A stretch of DNA of 64,000 nucleotides from a virus (lineage: Duplodnaviria > Caudoviricetes): IMG/VR virus record IMGVR_UViG_3300042307_000844; one strand, written 5' to 3'. Numbering within the stretch: the first letter of the stretch is position 1; each line of letters opens with the position of its first letter. A program made the translations under genes and the position numbers. Under the pieces are notes generated by a model that was given only the letters and a program-made list of their open reading frames with translations, did not search any database and was not told where the DNA came from. Below, one piece after another: positions 39,253-50,875 of the stretch.

Positions 39253-40144
39253 CAAACGAAGAATTAATTAAGAAATGGGAAGCGGTTCTGGATTATACGG
39301 ATGGGGAGACTCCTGCTTTGAACGAATTTCAAAGGTTATACAGAGCAACATTGATGGAAAATTGTGAGTTGGATTATTTTAAATACGGGAATTATCCTGA
39401 CCAAGCCCTGTTCGAAATGATTGGCGAAATACGGAGAACAGGTAAGCTACTCAACTCTCCATACGAATAATAATATGAACACACTGACACCAAGAATGAA
39501 AGAGGCATGGGAAAGCTCATCGAGAACGGCTGATGGGTTTTATTCAACCACAACTCCTATGAGTGTTTATGCTAGAATCTGCTATGAAGAAGGATGCAAA
39601 CTGGAAAACGAACTCGCCGCCGTTACCGCACAGCGCGACATGCTGGCGGAGGCTTTGGGAAGACTAGAAAAAACAGCAGGTTTGCCAGCATTGCAGGATG
39701 ACCCAGCAAGAGTTCAAGCACGACAAGCCCTCCAATCCCTAACCCCGAAGGAAGAACCATGACCCTAGAACAACAAAGAATTGCCATCGCGGAAGAATCC
39801 GGCAGAGAATAACGAAATCACCATATTGCACGGAGGAGTTCCGGTAGATATCGGAAGTATTTGGGAAAATCGAGAAAAATATAATAAAAAAATTTTTTTC
39901 AATGGGGGGGAATTTCGATTTTTTATAGAAAAAAAATAAAAATTTATATGTCATATTTTTTCAAATGGTAATTTTTATATTTTTTATAAAAATAATTTTA
40001 GCCATGGCACCCCACCCCATACCCCCCCATCCCTAGTTTTTAAAGCAAATCGAAGTAGCCCCCCCCTAACAGTTAGATATGGCATATCTAACAGAAAGCA
40101 TTTATATATCATTTGCATATCTAACAGATCATATATCATGACAC

Positions 40145-40188
40145 AAAAAAAGCCCCTTGGCATACCTTCAAGAGATATGCCAAGGGGC
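40145..40188 (-). terminator. Strong intrinsic terminator closing the cassette array
   Basis: 13-bp stem GCCCCTTGGCATA/TATGCCAAGGGGC plus T7. Confidence 0.9.
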
Positions 40189-43100
40189 GAGGGGATCAGG
40201 CGAAGTCGGCAAGGAACTCTTTCAGGGTGCTGCCGTTGACCGTGACAGTCTCACCGTCATAACAATCAACTTGTGCGTAGAACGTGAAGGCTCCCCGCTT
40301 GCGGGACATGTAAACGGTTTCGGAATCTTGCGCGTTCCAACGAAACCCCTTCTTTTCAAGGACGGTGACAACGGCAACGAATTGTGGTAATGTGGTGGTA
40401 TTCATGGTAGTAGCATCTTACCCTAGTTTTTATAGGGTGATGATCTCCGCATCCTTCAGAGTGGCGGCGAACGCTTGCGCTTCCTCCAAGGTAGCGTAGC
40501 GGGAGAAGCCGAAGGCATCGCAAACCTTGAACTTCTTTGCGTCCTCCTTGGCGCGATAGGCATCGAAGGCTGCGGCTTCTGCGCGTTGTGCTTCCTCCGA
40601 TGGAGTGCAGCGTCCGGTGAAGTCATACTCAGGTGTCAGGTATCTCATGGTAGTAGCATCTTACCCTAGTTTTTATTCTCCACAGGCTTTCAGGAAAGTG
40701 TCAATCAGTCGCAACCATGCAACATCATCTCGTCCTCATTCATCACTTCATCCTCACTCTCAACATCACGAACAGCGAGGGCAAACGCTTGTGCGTAATC
40801 CATTCCATCCCCTAGTCCACGGTGGATGAAGTTTTCGCCGGAGAAATTCCAATGCCCGATCTCAACTCGAACCTTGGCGAACCTTGCACAAGCCCAATGA
40901 GGTTGGACATCCTTGGAGATGACAGTGAAGGTTTCTTTGTAGCGTGGGGAATAATAGGTGGTGGTCATGGTGGTGTTGATGGTGTTGGTCACAAGGGCAT
41001 CTTACCCTAGTTTTTAAACGCTAGGACGTTGAGCGTGTCGGATGCGCTCCCCCCGTTTTGATCATGCTTCGTAAGCCATCCACGTTCCCGCGTCATATGG
41101 CTCCGCATACAGCCCCAAGGACTTCAGGGCTTTCTGGACTTCAGGATGCACCTGCTCGTCGTGGTAGCAGTCGAAGAAGGGCATTCCATCCGTGTGAAGA
41201 TTCCCTTCTTGGCGAAACCAGATGCCGCCTTCCTCCCCATCCCATTCGGTGGTGGATACGGCTTTGATCTTGGGGAACAACTCATTCAGCTTGGCGATTT
41301 TGTTTTTCATGGTGAGGCTATCTTAGGCTAGTTTTTAAAAGGGGGATCGAACCCCTTTCGCTTATCAGATCAGGCTGAAGACCAGCAACCAGCTTGGACT
41401 ACCGTCCGGGCCGTGACCGTCAGACTCCACACGCTTACCCGTAGGAGTCTTGCAAACTCCATCCATTCCCCACCGTTCCAAGGAGGACATCGATGGGGCT
41501 TTGAATGCGCTTGTGATACGCACCTGAAGCGGTTCGGGATGCGCTGGCGAGTGAACAAGGCAACGGCTGTCCTTGCCCTCGATGAAGGAGACGGGCAAGC
41601 CCTTGGCAAGTGTGGAACCGTCTTTGAGTAGGATGTCTTTTTGTGTTTTCATGGTAGTAGGATTCTAGGCTAGTTTTTAACCCTCGTTGTTATAGGTGGT
41701 TGCGTGAGACTTCTTTGTAAAGGCGCGGTATCCGCCACCCACCCGCACAAGGTAACGGTAGTTTGGGTGAGGATTGTCCTTGGCGTTATTGTCAAACGTG
41801 GTGATACCGTTCTCAATGGAAAGGTCAGCATCCATGTCAATCTCATAGGATTGAATGAACACGTTCGGGAACTCTTCGGATTTGTATCGGGTGATCATGG
41901 TGAGGCTATTTTGTGCTAGTTTTTATTCGCGTTTTCCCAGAGGGTTTTGATTTCCCATTTGTCCCATATGATTTGATCTTCATCGGTGACATCGTTCCCC
42001 ACGTAGAGAACGGTTTTCCCAAGCTTTGCGGGACGGGTTCCGGTTCCGGGTCGTCCATACAAGCCAGAGGTTTCCCCACAGTAAAGCGTATGGGTTGCGC
42101 CTTGTGCCTTTGACCAGTCACAAGGTGCGCCCCCATAGACTTCATGGGTCTTGCCATAACTCTTTTCACGGACTCCCGTGATGGAGGTTTTACGGGCGCG
42201 GAGGATGTCTTCCAATGGGTAGTTGCTCATGGTGCAATCAGTCTAGGCTAGTTTTTATCAGGCGTATTCTGCTCCGATCAATTCGTTACCCCAGCGAACG
42301 GGGCGACGAGCGAAATTTGAGATGGCAATTGCCTCATCCCTTGTGATGGCATAGGCAAGGACTTGTCCGCTGGCGGTGAATAACATATCGTTCATGGTGC
42401 AATCAGTCTAGGCTAGTTTTTAAAACCACAGATAAAGGAAAAACAGGAGAAGGGCGAAAGGCCACAAGCCATAGGCAAGCAAGCCGACAATGGCGAGGAT
42501 AAAAATGAGTTCTTTCATGTTAGTTTTTAAATGGTTTGCCCCTCCCCGGAACCACCCGGAGAGGGGACTTTTACCATGTTACCCCACGAAAGAGAAACCC
42601 GCTTGGGCGATTGCGCCCCGAACCATGCCTTGTTGCTTTGAAGTTGTGACGCTGTAGCGGTCAGGATTGACCCAGAAACCGCCTTCCACACGCTTGGCAA
42701 GGGGGAAGTGGTAGCCATAGCTGTAAAGGGTGTCCCCTTCGATGAACATGCTCTTCAGGCTATTCTTGCCCTTGGTTGCGCCGGATACGAATGCTTTAAC
42801 GATTTGTTTGTTGGTCATGGTGGTGTGTGTTGTTGGTGTTGGTTACGAGATCAGTCTAGGCTAGTTTTTATCCAACCGTTACCGTTGTCCCAAAGGGAAG
42901 GTGCGCGGTGAATGGAAAGACCTTGGCAATGTCCACCTTGCCATCGCTGGAAAGGGTGAACTTGGAATGGCGGGTGTTTCCGACAGTGATGGAGACGAGT
43001 ATCAGTTTCATGGTGAGGCTATTTTGGTTTAGTTTTTATGCGATGGAGTCGATGAATGCCTTGGCTTCCGTGGTTGTCAAGGTGTGTCCGATCTTCCGCA

Positions 43101-45632
43101 TGTCAGGGGAATAGATGTCAAATCCATCCCCGATCATGCCCGACTTAATGATTGTATGTGTTTTGTATTTCATGGTGCAGCTATCTTACGCTAGTTTTTA
43201 AGGGGATTGAACCCTTAGGTTTGTTTGATTAACGGCCATTCAAAACCATCTTAATGGCTTTCACGGTGTCGGGCTTCCACCCGTAGCAACGGGCATCCGT
43301 CTCCAGATTCATGGCGACTCCGAAAGGCATCCCCTTTCCTTGTTGACCAAAGGTGAAGTTCTCCACCGCGATACGTTTGGCCTTTGGATACTTGGCCATT
43401 GCTTTCTCGACTGCTTGTGTGTGTTCGTTCATGGTAATGTGATGTTAGTCTAGTTTTTAAGCAAGGCGGGACAACCAGACTTCGCTCGCCTTTGGCAATC
43501 CCCTCTCAGCAATCGCACCGTCCCGCATGACTTCCTTTGTCATGGCTTTTCTTGCGCTTTGAAGGGCTTTGATTTGAGCCAAGGAAGGGGCGCGATAGCT
43601 TGGGAAAACCGCTTGAATCGCCTTCTCTTCCGCTTGCAAGTTGCGGTGATTCTCTTCCGCGCTCTTGAAGGAATCAACATAGGGCTTAAATGTAAGTAAA
43701 CGCTTACCTTTCACCTTTTCCCCGTCCTTAAAGAGATTGTAGCATCCTACGCCAAGGGGAACGATGTTCGCTTCACGGGCGGGGACGATCTTTTCGATTT
43801 CAGGTATTATATCAGATATATGTTTCATGGTAGTAGCAGTTTACGCTAGTTTTTAAAAGGGGGATTGAACCCCTTTCGGGGTTGGTTTAATATCCGGCAA
43901 ACTTGAATTTCACCTCTCCGAACATATCGTCTTCGAAGTAAAACCAGCCACCCTTAAAGGTTATTTCCTGATGCTCCCAAAGGATAGGGAAATCGGTGGA
44001 TACCTCATCGAAAAGGATGAAATGGGGAGGAGTTCCAAACTCATCGGCGGGGTGATATTCAAATTGTCCCAGAACGATGTTGCCATCGACATAGGTTTCA
44101 ACTGCGATGGGGGCGGTGCTTGTTAGTTGTATTTTCATAACGAGACGATCTTACTCTAGTTTTTATCCAATCAGGATGAACAGGATGATGGGGGTGAACG
44201 CGAACAGGAAGAACGCAGCGAGGGTGTCAAGGATGAGTTGTTTCATGGTGCAGCTATCTTAATCTAGTTTTTAAGAGAAGAGTCTGTCCACATGGCGAAC
44301 AATCCAAGGCTGGTTTCTGTCCTTCTCGATGGCAGCAAAGATTTCCTTGCCCTTGTGCATCACCCGGACAGTCCCGGCTTGCCAGTCCTTTTCCACGGGC
44401 AGTCCCGCGCTTTCCAGAGCTTTTACCATTGCTTTAACGTGTTCTTTTGTAAGTAATTTGGTCATGGTTAAATCTTAGTCTAGTTTTTATTCCTCTTCTT
44501 CCTCTTCTTCCTCGTCCTCTTCTTCTTCCTCGATGAATCCTTCGCGCTCGCAAAGGTCTTGAACATCGGCTTCCGACATGTAGGAGCAGAAGGCACTGAT
44601 CACGGTATCCTTATCAAGAATACCCTCTTCGATCATTTCAAGCAGTTGGTTTGTGTATTGTCTGGTCATGGTGTTATCTTAATCTAGTTTTTAAACGATC
44701 ACATATTCCCCGCGCTCCAATAGAACCCCCACAGGATCATCCTTTCGCTCATGGATAAAAATCAATCCTTTTTCCTTCCAATCGGGTTGATTGGTGGCAT
44801 GGGAGAATCCATAGGTCTTGCGAACATCAAGAACAATATCAGTTCCCAACAGCTTGTAATTATGTAGTGGCTTTGCTTTCATGGTGAGGCTATCTTACGC
44901 TAGTTTTTATCGCTTCAAATTCATTTGAATATTTTCGCTCATCCGCATTCACCCTTGCCATTTCAGCAAGGACAAAATCCTCGACAAGTTGCGTTTGCTC
45001 TCCCGTGATAATGCCTTGTTTGTAAAGGTTGTATGCAAGGAACTCAAAGGTCGTGGTGAGCTTTCCAACAAGATATGGGTAACAGATAGGTGCTTCGTTC
45101 ATAGTGACAATATCTTAGGCTAGTTTTTAAATGGTATCACAACCCGCCTTCGGTTATGTTCAGATGTTGAATAGGTTGAGGATCTCAACTTTCATGTTTT
45201 CCAGATACGCATCCATGTGTTCCGCATCGTATTCCATGGAGACTTCCATCTCAAAGTAATTGGAGATTTCATTTTGATATTGCAGAATGATATCTGCGAT
45301 TTTTTCTTTCATGCTGTCAGTGTTTTGTGGCGTGTTCATGGTGACAATATCTTAGGCTAGTTTTTAAATGAATTGGGCTACTACTGTGGAGCTTCCTACC
45401 AATTCTTCCTTGAAAAAGCAGTCATTTCTATCAGAATTCCATCCACTGAAAAGGAACTTTCGCCCCTCGTAGGTGAGAACTTTCTTACTAATTTTCTTTA
45501 CATCATCCCATCCGTTAGGGACTTCGATATAAAGCCATCCACGCCCATCGGTGGAAACACGGTAATCTGCTTTGATTTCTTTCGGGTTAATGGTGATGTT
45601 GGACATGGCTAAATCTTAATCTAGTTTTTAAA

Positions 45633-45707
45633 TGGTGGAGCGTGTAGGAATCGAACCTACATTGGAGGTGTAGAAAACCTCAGTCCTATCCGTTGAACGA
45701 ACGCTCC
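45633..45707 (-). tRNA. tRNA-Arg(UCU)
   Basis: GAGGT-TTTCTAC-ACCTC; GGAGCGT/ACGCTCC-A-CCA. Confidence 0.93.
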
Positions 45708-45730
45708 GATTTTGTGTTAGTTTTTAAGAG

Positions 45731-45806
45731 TGGTGCGCCCGAATGGATTTGAACCATTGACCCGCCGATTATGAGTCGGATGCTCTAACCACTGAGCTAC
45801 AAGCGC
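45731..45806 (-). tRNA. tRNA with CAU anticodon, probably Ile2 (lysidine type)
   Basis: TAGCTCAGTGGTTAGAGCA..CGACTCATAATCG resembles bacterial ileX-type tRNAs; CCA. Confidence 0.85.
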
Positions 45807-45810
45807 ATTT

Positions 45811-45826
45811 TGTTCCACGTGGAACA
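45811..45826. promoter_or_regulatory. parS-type palindrome TGTTCCACGTGGAACA
   Basis: Perfect 16-bp palindrome matching the chromosomal parS consensus, intergenic between two tRNAs. Confidence 0.8.
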
Positions 45827-45834
45827 TTGAAAGG

Positions 45835-45917
45835 TGCTTCGGAAGGGACTTGAACCCTTACGCCATTACTGGCAACGGATTTTAAGTCCGTAGTGTCTGC
45901 CATTCCACCACCAAAGC
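45835..45917 (-). tRNA. tRNA-Leu(UAA)
   Basis: ACGGA-CTTAAAA-TCCGT, long variable arm, incomplete CCA. Confidence 0.92.
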
Positions 45918-46638
45918 ATGAGACTTTATTTAACGATTCCGTTGTGATAGTCAATCATGTCTTGGATATCGGATTCGGTCATTGTTTCGTTCATGGTGCT
46001 ATTTTGGTTTAGTTTTTATCAGTGTCCCATAGCAACCTTGAATCCATATTGGTAATATCCACCAGTATCCAATTCGGAAATAATTACGTCTTTCGTCCAC
46101 ACACCGTTCCATTCCATGTGATAGACTTGTCCTAACGTCATTATTCTAAATTTTGTCGTTATCATAGCTTTATTCTGCGCTAGTTTTTATCGTGTTCCTT
46201 TTGCGATTTCAGCATGATGATCGGCTTGATACTTTCCGGCGCATATTGTGATTGTGCCTTGAAAAATCCCACCCAATCCCCGAATTTGTCGATCAGCTTT
46301 TGCTTTTGCTCGTCGGTGATGAAGTCGCCTTTCATATACATTCCCGCTTTTGAATTGTCCTTGTTTCGCATGATTCCGCTTTCATGATATCGAAATCCGA
46401 TATTGCAAGCGAAGGAAATAAAGTCTTATTCCGTTGGTTTTCTTTTCATGTCAAAATCTTACGCTAGTTTTTAAAACCAATTGCCTCCATCCTTTCGTAT
46501 TCCCCTATCCCAAAATCTTAGCCAAGGCTAAGTTTCTTAGTCCTAACATACTTTCTTAGCAGGGACTTAGATTGTTTTTCATGGCTAAGAAACTTAGCCT
46601 GTACTAAGTTTTTTAGTCTTGACTAATAACTATCCCTA

Positions 46639-47019
46639 TCAGTCTTTAATCCTTAATTGTTCTACCTTGATTCCCATCTTATCAGCAATTTCTTGCAATG
46701 TCATTTCAACCACTTTTGGGCGTTTGTCAAATAAAACTCCATAGGAGTTTTCCCGATAGATTTCATTGCCCCTTGAATCGTATTCACTTTTACTCCAATA
46801 ACCAGTGGAGTCTTCCCGATAGATTTCATTGCCCCTTGAATCGTATTCACTTTTACCCCAATAACCAGTGGAGTCTTCCCAATAGATTGTATTGCCATTG
46901 GTATCCCGTTCTCTTTTGCTCCAAGAACCAGTGGAGGTTTCATAATAGATTGTATTGCCATTCTTATCTTTGATGACGAATGGAAATGTTGTTACTTTTA
47001 ATTGTTTGGCGATTGTCAT
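46639..47019 (-). CDS. Repeat protein (YxEDSTGYWxKxEYDSRGNEI units)
   Basis: Near-identical 60-bp tandem DNA repeats at ~46750-46930. Confidence 0.8.
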   Translation of the reverse strand: MTIAKQLKVTTFPFVIKDKNGNTIYYETSTGSWSKRERDTNGNTIYWEDSTGYWGKSEYDSRGNEIYREDSTGYWSKSEYDSRGNEIYRENSYGVLFDKRPKVVEMTLQEIADKMGIKVEQLRIKD

Positions 47020-48218
47020 AGTGCTATTCTGCTTTAGTTTTTAAGAGAGAAATCCGATCCCCATCAATCCATATAAACCCCAGCCTTGGAAAGTTAGTCT
47101 CCTCAAAGTTGCCACCATTCCACCAGTGTTTCCTCGGGAATTTCCATCCTTTTCGCAGCATTGGCCATGCGTTTGCATTCCCTGTATTGCTGGGGAGTCA
47201 TCATGGAATCATCGAATTCCTCCCGCCCATTGCTTACATCGGATGCAAAGCAGAAAAGGATATCTTTCCCATCGGGTTCCTTATTGTTTTGTGTATTGTA
47301 AATACTAGCGAAGTAATCGAAGGATACGCTGTTTCTTCCCTTGGAAACCCTCACCTTGTAATGGTTATGTATTCCCATTGACCACGTTGGTTGCTTGGTA
47401 TTGGAAAGGGTTGTCTTGATTGTGATTCCGTTGATTGTGTCTTGCATGTTCTTATTATCGTTTAGTTTTTAAACCAATCCCACAAGTCCTTCGGATTCCT
47501 TAATATCCTTGAAGTCTTGAAGGTGTTTTTCTTTGAATTCATGAAATACTTGGAATGATTCTGCTTGTTCTTTTGAATACACTCCCCCTTTGGAAACACG
47601 CAAACCGCTTTCCTCATGGATGATGCTTGCGTGTCTTCCCCAAGATAGGGTTTCAGTTTTCAATTTGAATCCGATTTTCTTTAATTCTTTTCTTAATTGA
47701 TTTAATGTCATGGTGCTATTCTGCTTTAGTTTTTAATACTTCCTCTCCACCTTGGGGCAAATCTTCCGCAGGGCGGTTTCAATATGGGAATCGTTCATAT
47801 ACTCATAAAGCTCATTGATAAAATTGTATTGCTTTGTGGAAAATAGGATATCCCACACGAATCTCTTTTGCAGGTCTTTCACCCTATCGGCACGGGGAAA
47901 TTGTCCTTGTTCATAAAGGGATTTGATATGTTCTATTCCCCCGCATCTTTCCGCTTCCGTATTGATAATGGTTTCCAGCTTTTGGTAATCCTCCCGTTTG
48001 ATCTTCATGGCTTTATTATCCTCTAGTTTTTAACCTTCGTAAAGTTCCTTGCCTTTTTCAATGATCGCTTTCATTCCGCTTGGGGAAAGATTGTAATCCC
48101 CTGCCATCTTTTCAATTGTCAGATAATTATTAACCCAATCCAGATACGTTTTGATTGTCCATGCATCCAAAGCTTGTTTTGCTTGTGTTTCGGTCATGTC
48201 CAAATCTTAATCTAGTTT

Positions 48219-48782
48219 TTAAAGGAATGGATTGGGAATCATTTCCCGTATCATCTCACAGTGTTCTAACCTTGCTGCTGACGCTGCTGACCGTGCTGTT
48301 GACCATGCTGCTGACTCTGCTGACCATGCTGCTGACGCTGCTGCTGACGCTGCTGACTCTGCTGACCATGCTGCTGACCATGCTGCTGACGCTGCTGCTG
48401 ACGCTGCTGACTCTGCTGACCATGCTGCTGACCATGCTGCTGACGCTGCTGCTGACGCTGCTGCTGACGCTGCTGCTGACGCTGCTGACCGTGTTTCTTC
48501 GCAAGGGTTTTCAATCCATGCCCTTGCAGCTTCAATTGCAAGTTTTGGGCGATTTTCCCCTTTAGGTATATTGACAAGACATTTTTCCGCAAATGCTATG
48601 GACAATCTCACTGATTGTTCCTTTTCAAGAGGTTTGCATTTTTCAAGCATCCAAAAAAGCCATTCTGGTTCCTCACAAGCATCCCAAACTTGGGACATGG
48701 TTTCGTGGCTTAGAGCAAATTCTCGCCCTTCCTCACACATCTCATTCGGGGAGTATTTGTTACAAAATTCAGTCGTGTTCAT
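48219..48782 (-). CDS. Protein with an Ala/Ser/Trp low-complexity repeat tail (SAASAAWSAAES)
   Basis: Motif promoter upstream; GCTGCTGAC-type microsatellite-like repeats at 48270-48490. Confidence 0.8.
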   Translation of the reverse strand: MNTTEFCNKYSPNEMCEEGREFALSHETMSQVWDACEEPEWLFWMLEKCKPLEKEQSVRLSIAFAEKCLVNIPKGENRPKLAIEAARAWIENPCEETRSAASAAASAAASAAASAAWSAAWSAESAASAAASAAWSAAWSAESAASAAASAAWSAESAAWSTARSAASAARLEHCEMIREMIPNPFL

Positions 48783-50307
48783 GGTGTTATTGTATTCTAG
48801 TTTTTATTGTTCAGTTTTTCCGCCATTGCTTGGGCTTCCTCCATCGTTTGGATGATCTTCCCATAGAAGTAATTGGAATAGGTGATTCTTCCGCGATCAT
48901 TGATTTCCATGGAAGGCTTGTGAATCACTTCATAAGCTTCCTTGGGGGAGGGCATTGCGCCATGAAAGGAAACGTGTTTGGGTAATAGCAGATGGGCATA
49001 TTCATCCTTGAGCTTCCATAAGGGATTTGATATCGCTTTGTAGGTCATGGCTAAATCTTAATCTAGTTTTTAACCCGTGTGATTTGCACCAGTTCAATCC
49101 CATAGGTATCCCCTTGCCATGATATGATGCTATTCCAGAACCAATCTTGGATTTCAAAAACATCCCCCCCCTTGCGATATTCCGTGATGATTTCCCCACA
49201 ATCCTTGTAAGTGATCCTGTATTTGTTCATGGGGTAATTGTGGTTTAGTTTTTAAGCTTTTCTTTTCTCCAGATCAGATTCCCCGAATGTCGCCTGTCCC
49301 AGAAAGTCAAATTCCTCATCAGTGCATACGTTTTTAGCGGAGGCGCATTCGTTGAGCCTGTCAAACCCTGTCACAATACAAGTTCCCCAGCGAGGGGCGT
49401 TGAATTTGTCGCCTTTGCGAACGGGCTTTTGATCGTGGTATCGGAGTGTCTTCATGGCTCTATATTACGCTAGTTTTTAAAGAGGGCATGGGCATTCCCC
49501 ATTCACCCAATCGCAAATTTCCTCAGATAATTCGTTAATCGCACTTTGGAGCGTTTCAATGTTCCTCCCCTTCCAATGCTCTCCCATACCATCAGGAACA
49601 GCGAGGATTTTGCGCTTGCCTGTCACAACATGGATAGGATAAAAGAACCATCGGCTCCCCATGTCACTTGAGCGATCCCAAGCTGCATCAATGCTTTTGA
49701 AATTCCTTCCTTCCGTAACCATTTCACCATCGATGGCAATACATTTGAGTTGAATCATGTCGTTATTATGGTTTAGTTTTTAAAAGTCTGATTCAGGGCA
49801 ACAATCGGGATTATAGAAACTTTCCACCTCCTCCCCAATAGTTACCAATTGCAGATATTCCACATTTTCATCATGTTCATATGAGTCAAAAGCGTGTTTG
49901 GCATCTTTCAGAAATTGAAAAGATTGGTAAGTCTTATCACAATTTCCCCATTCAATCAGTAGTAAGTAAGGCATGGCTTTATTATTGTTTAGTTTTTAAA
50001 GGCAGCTTTCGGCATCTGCCAGAATTTCCTTGGCAACCTCTCGACAATTGGAATTCCGAAAGAGATATCCCACTCCCCACGTTGGATAAAGATAAGCTCC
50101 CCCCGTATAGCTATTATCCCCCGTTTGATATCCCCATTCCCCATTTTCCGTATTGATCCCAATTGTGATTTGCATGGATGGCGTATCCCCATCCTCAAAT
50201 GCACGGGAATCCTCATCAATGTATTTCTTGCAATGTATGAGAAGCTTTGTAATTTCCTTGATCGTTGGTAGCTTGTGTTTCGTCATGTCCTTATTATGGT
50301 TTAGTTT

Positions 50308-50766
50308 TTAAGCTCTCACATAATAGTCATCCCCTTGATAGGAAACGATTGTGTAATCTTGTGCCAAGGCTTCCGCCGCAGCTTCCCAATCAATATGATT
50401 GTAAGGCCATGACGCATTTCTTTCAGTTACTCCCAAATCTTCCGCCAGTTCCCTTGCATAGTCCTCAAAATCATCGACGGGAATCATCGTTTCCCCACGG
50501 CTAAAATCGGAAATTTCGCTTTCCAGTTCCTCCAATTCCTCCAGTTCCCCTTTCTCGTCATCGGAGAAATTATCAATGGCATTTTGCAAGGTTTCCTCCA
50601 ATTCATCCAATTCATCCTCCCATTCCCTGATTTCTTCCTCATCCTCTTCGGAGGGTTTCAAATCGCGGTGTTGATCCAATTCCGATTGGGCATCCGTAAC
50701 GACATCCCGCAGGGCTTCCAGTTCTTCCTTGCGCTCTTTCAAGTCTCTTGTGTCAATTGTTTTCAT
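50308..50766 (-). CDS. Acidic ArdA-like antirestriction (DNA-mimic) protein
   Basis: Very Asp/Glu-rich; C-terminal DFEDYARELAED...YNHIDWEAAA resembles the ArdA C-terminus. Confidence 0.6.
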   Translation of the reverse strand: MKTIDTRDLKERKEELEALRDVVTDAQSELDQHRDLKPSEEDEEEIREWEDELDELEETLQNAIDNFSDDEKGELEELEELESEISDFSRGETMIPVDDFEDYARELAEDLGVTERNASWPYNHIDWEAAAEALAQDYTIVSYQGDDYYVRA

Positions 50767-50797
50767 CGTGCTTTTATTTTATTCTAGTTTTTAAAAG

Positions 50798-50875
50798 TGG
50801 TAGTCCGGGCGGGTGTCGATCCCGCAACCTCTCACTTATAAGGCAAGCGCTCTCACCGCTTTGAGCTACCGGACA
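50798..50875 (-). tRNA. tRNA-Ile(UAU)
   Basis: CTTGC-CTTATAA-GTGAG; GTCCGG/CCGGAC; CCA; T-loop variant ATCGACA. Confidence 0.78.

Noticed and set aside
45708-45726. Motif copy in front of tRNA-Arg as that tRNA's promoter
   Set aside because: By the N6 rule, +1 would fall inside the tRNA; it is more likely a junction remnant, which mildly favours a boundary/recombination role.
46639-47019. Diversity-generating retroelement TR/VR pair
   Set aside because: The repeats are in-frame tandem units within one ORF, and no reverse transcriptase gene is present in the window.
48155-48855. Multiple long overlapping ORFs (Leu/Thr-, Ala/Asp-, Gln- and Ser/Val-rich)
   Set aside because: These are alternative frames of a stop-free low-complexity repeat; only 48219-48782 has the cassette promoter.
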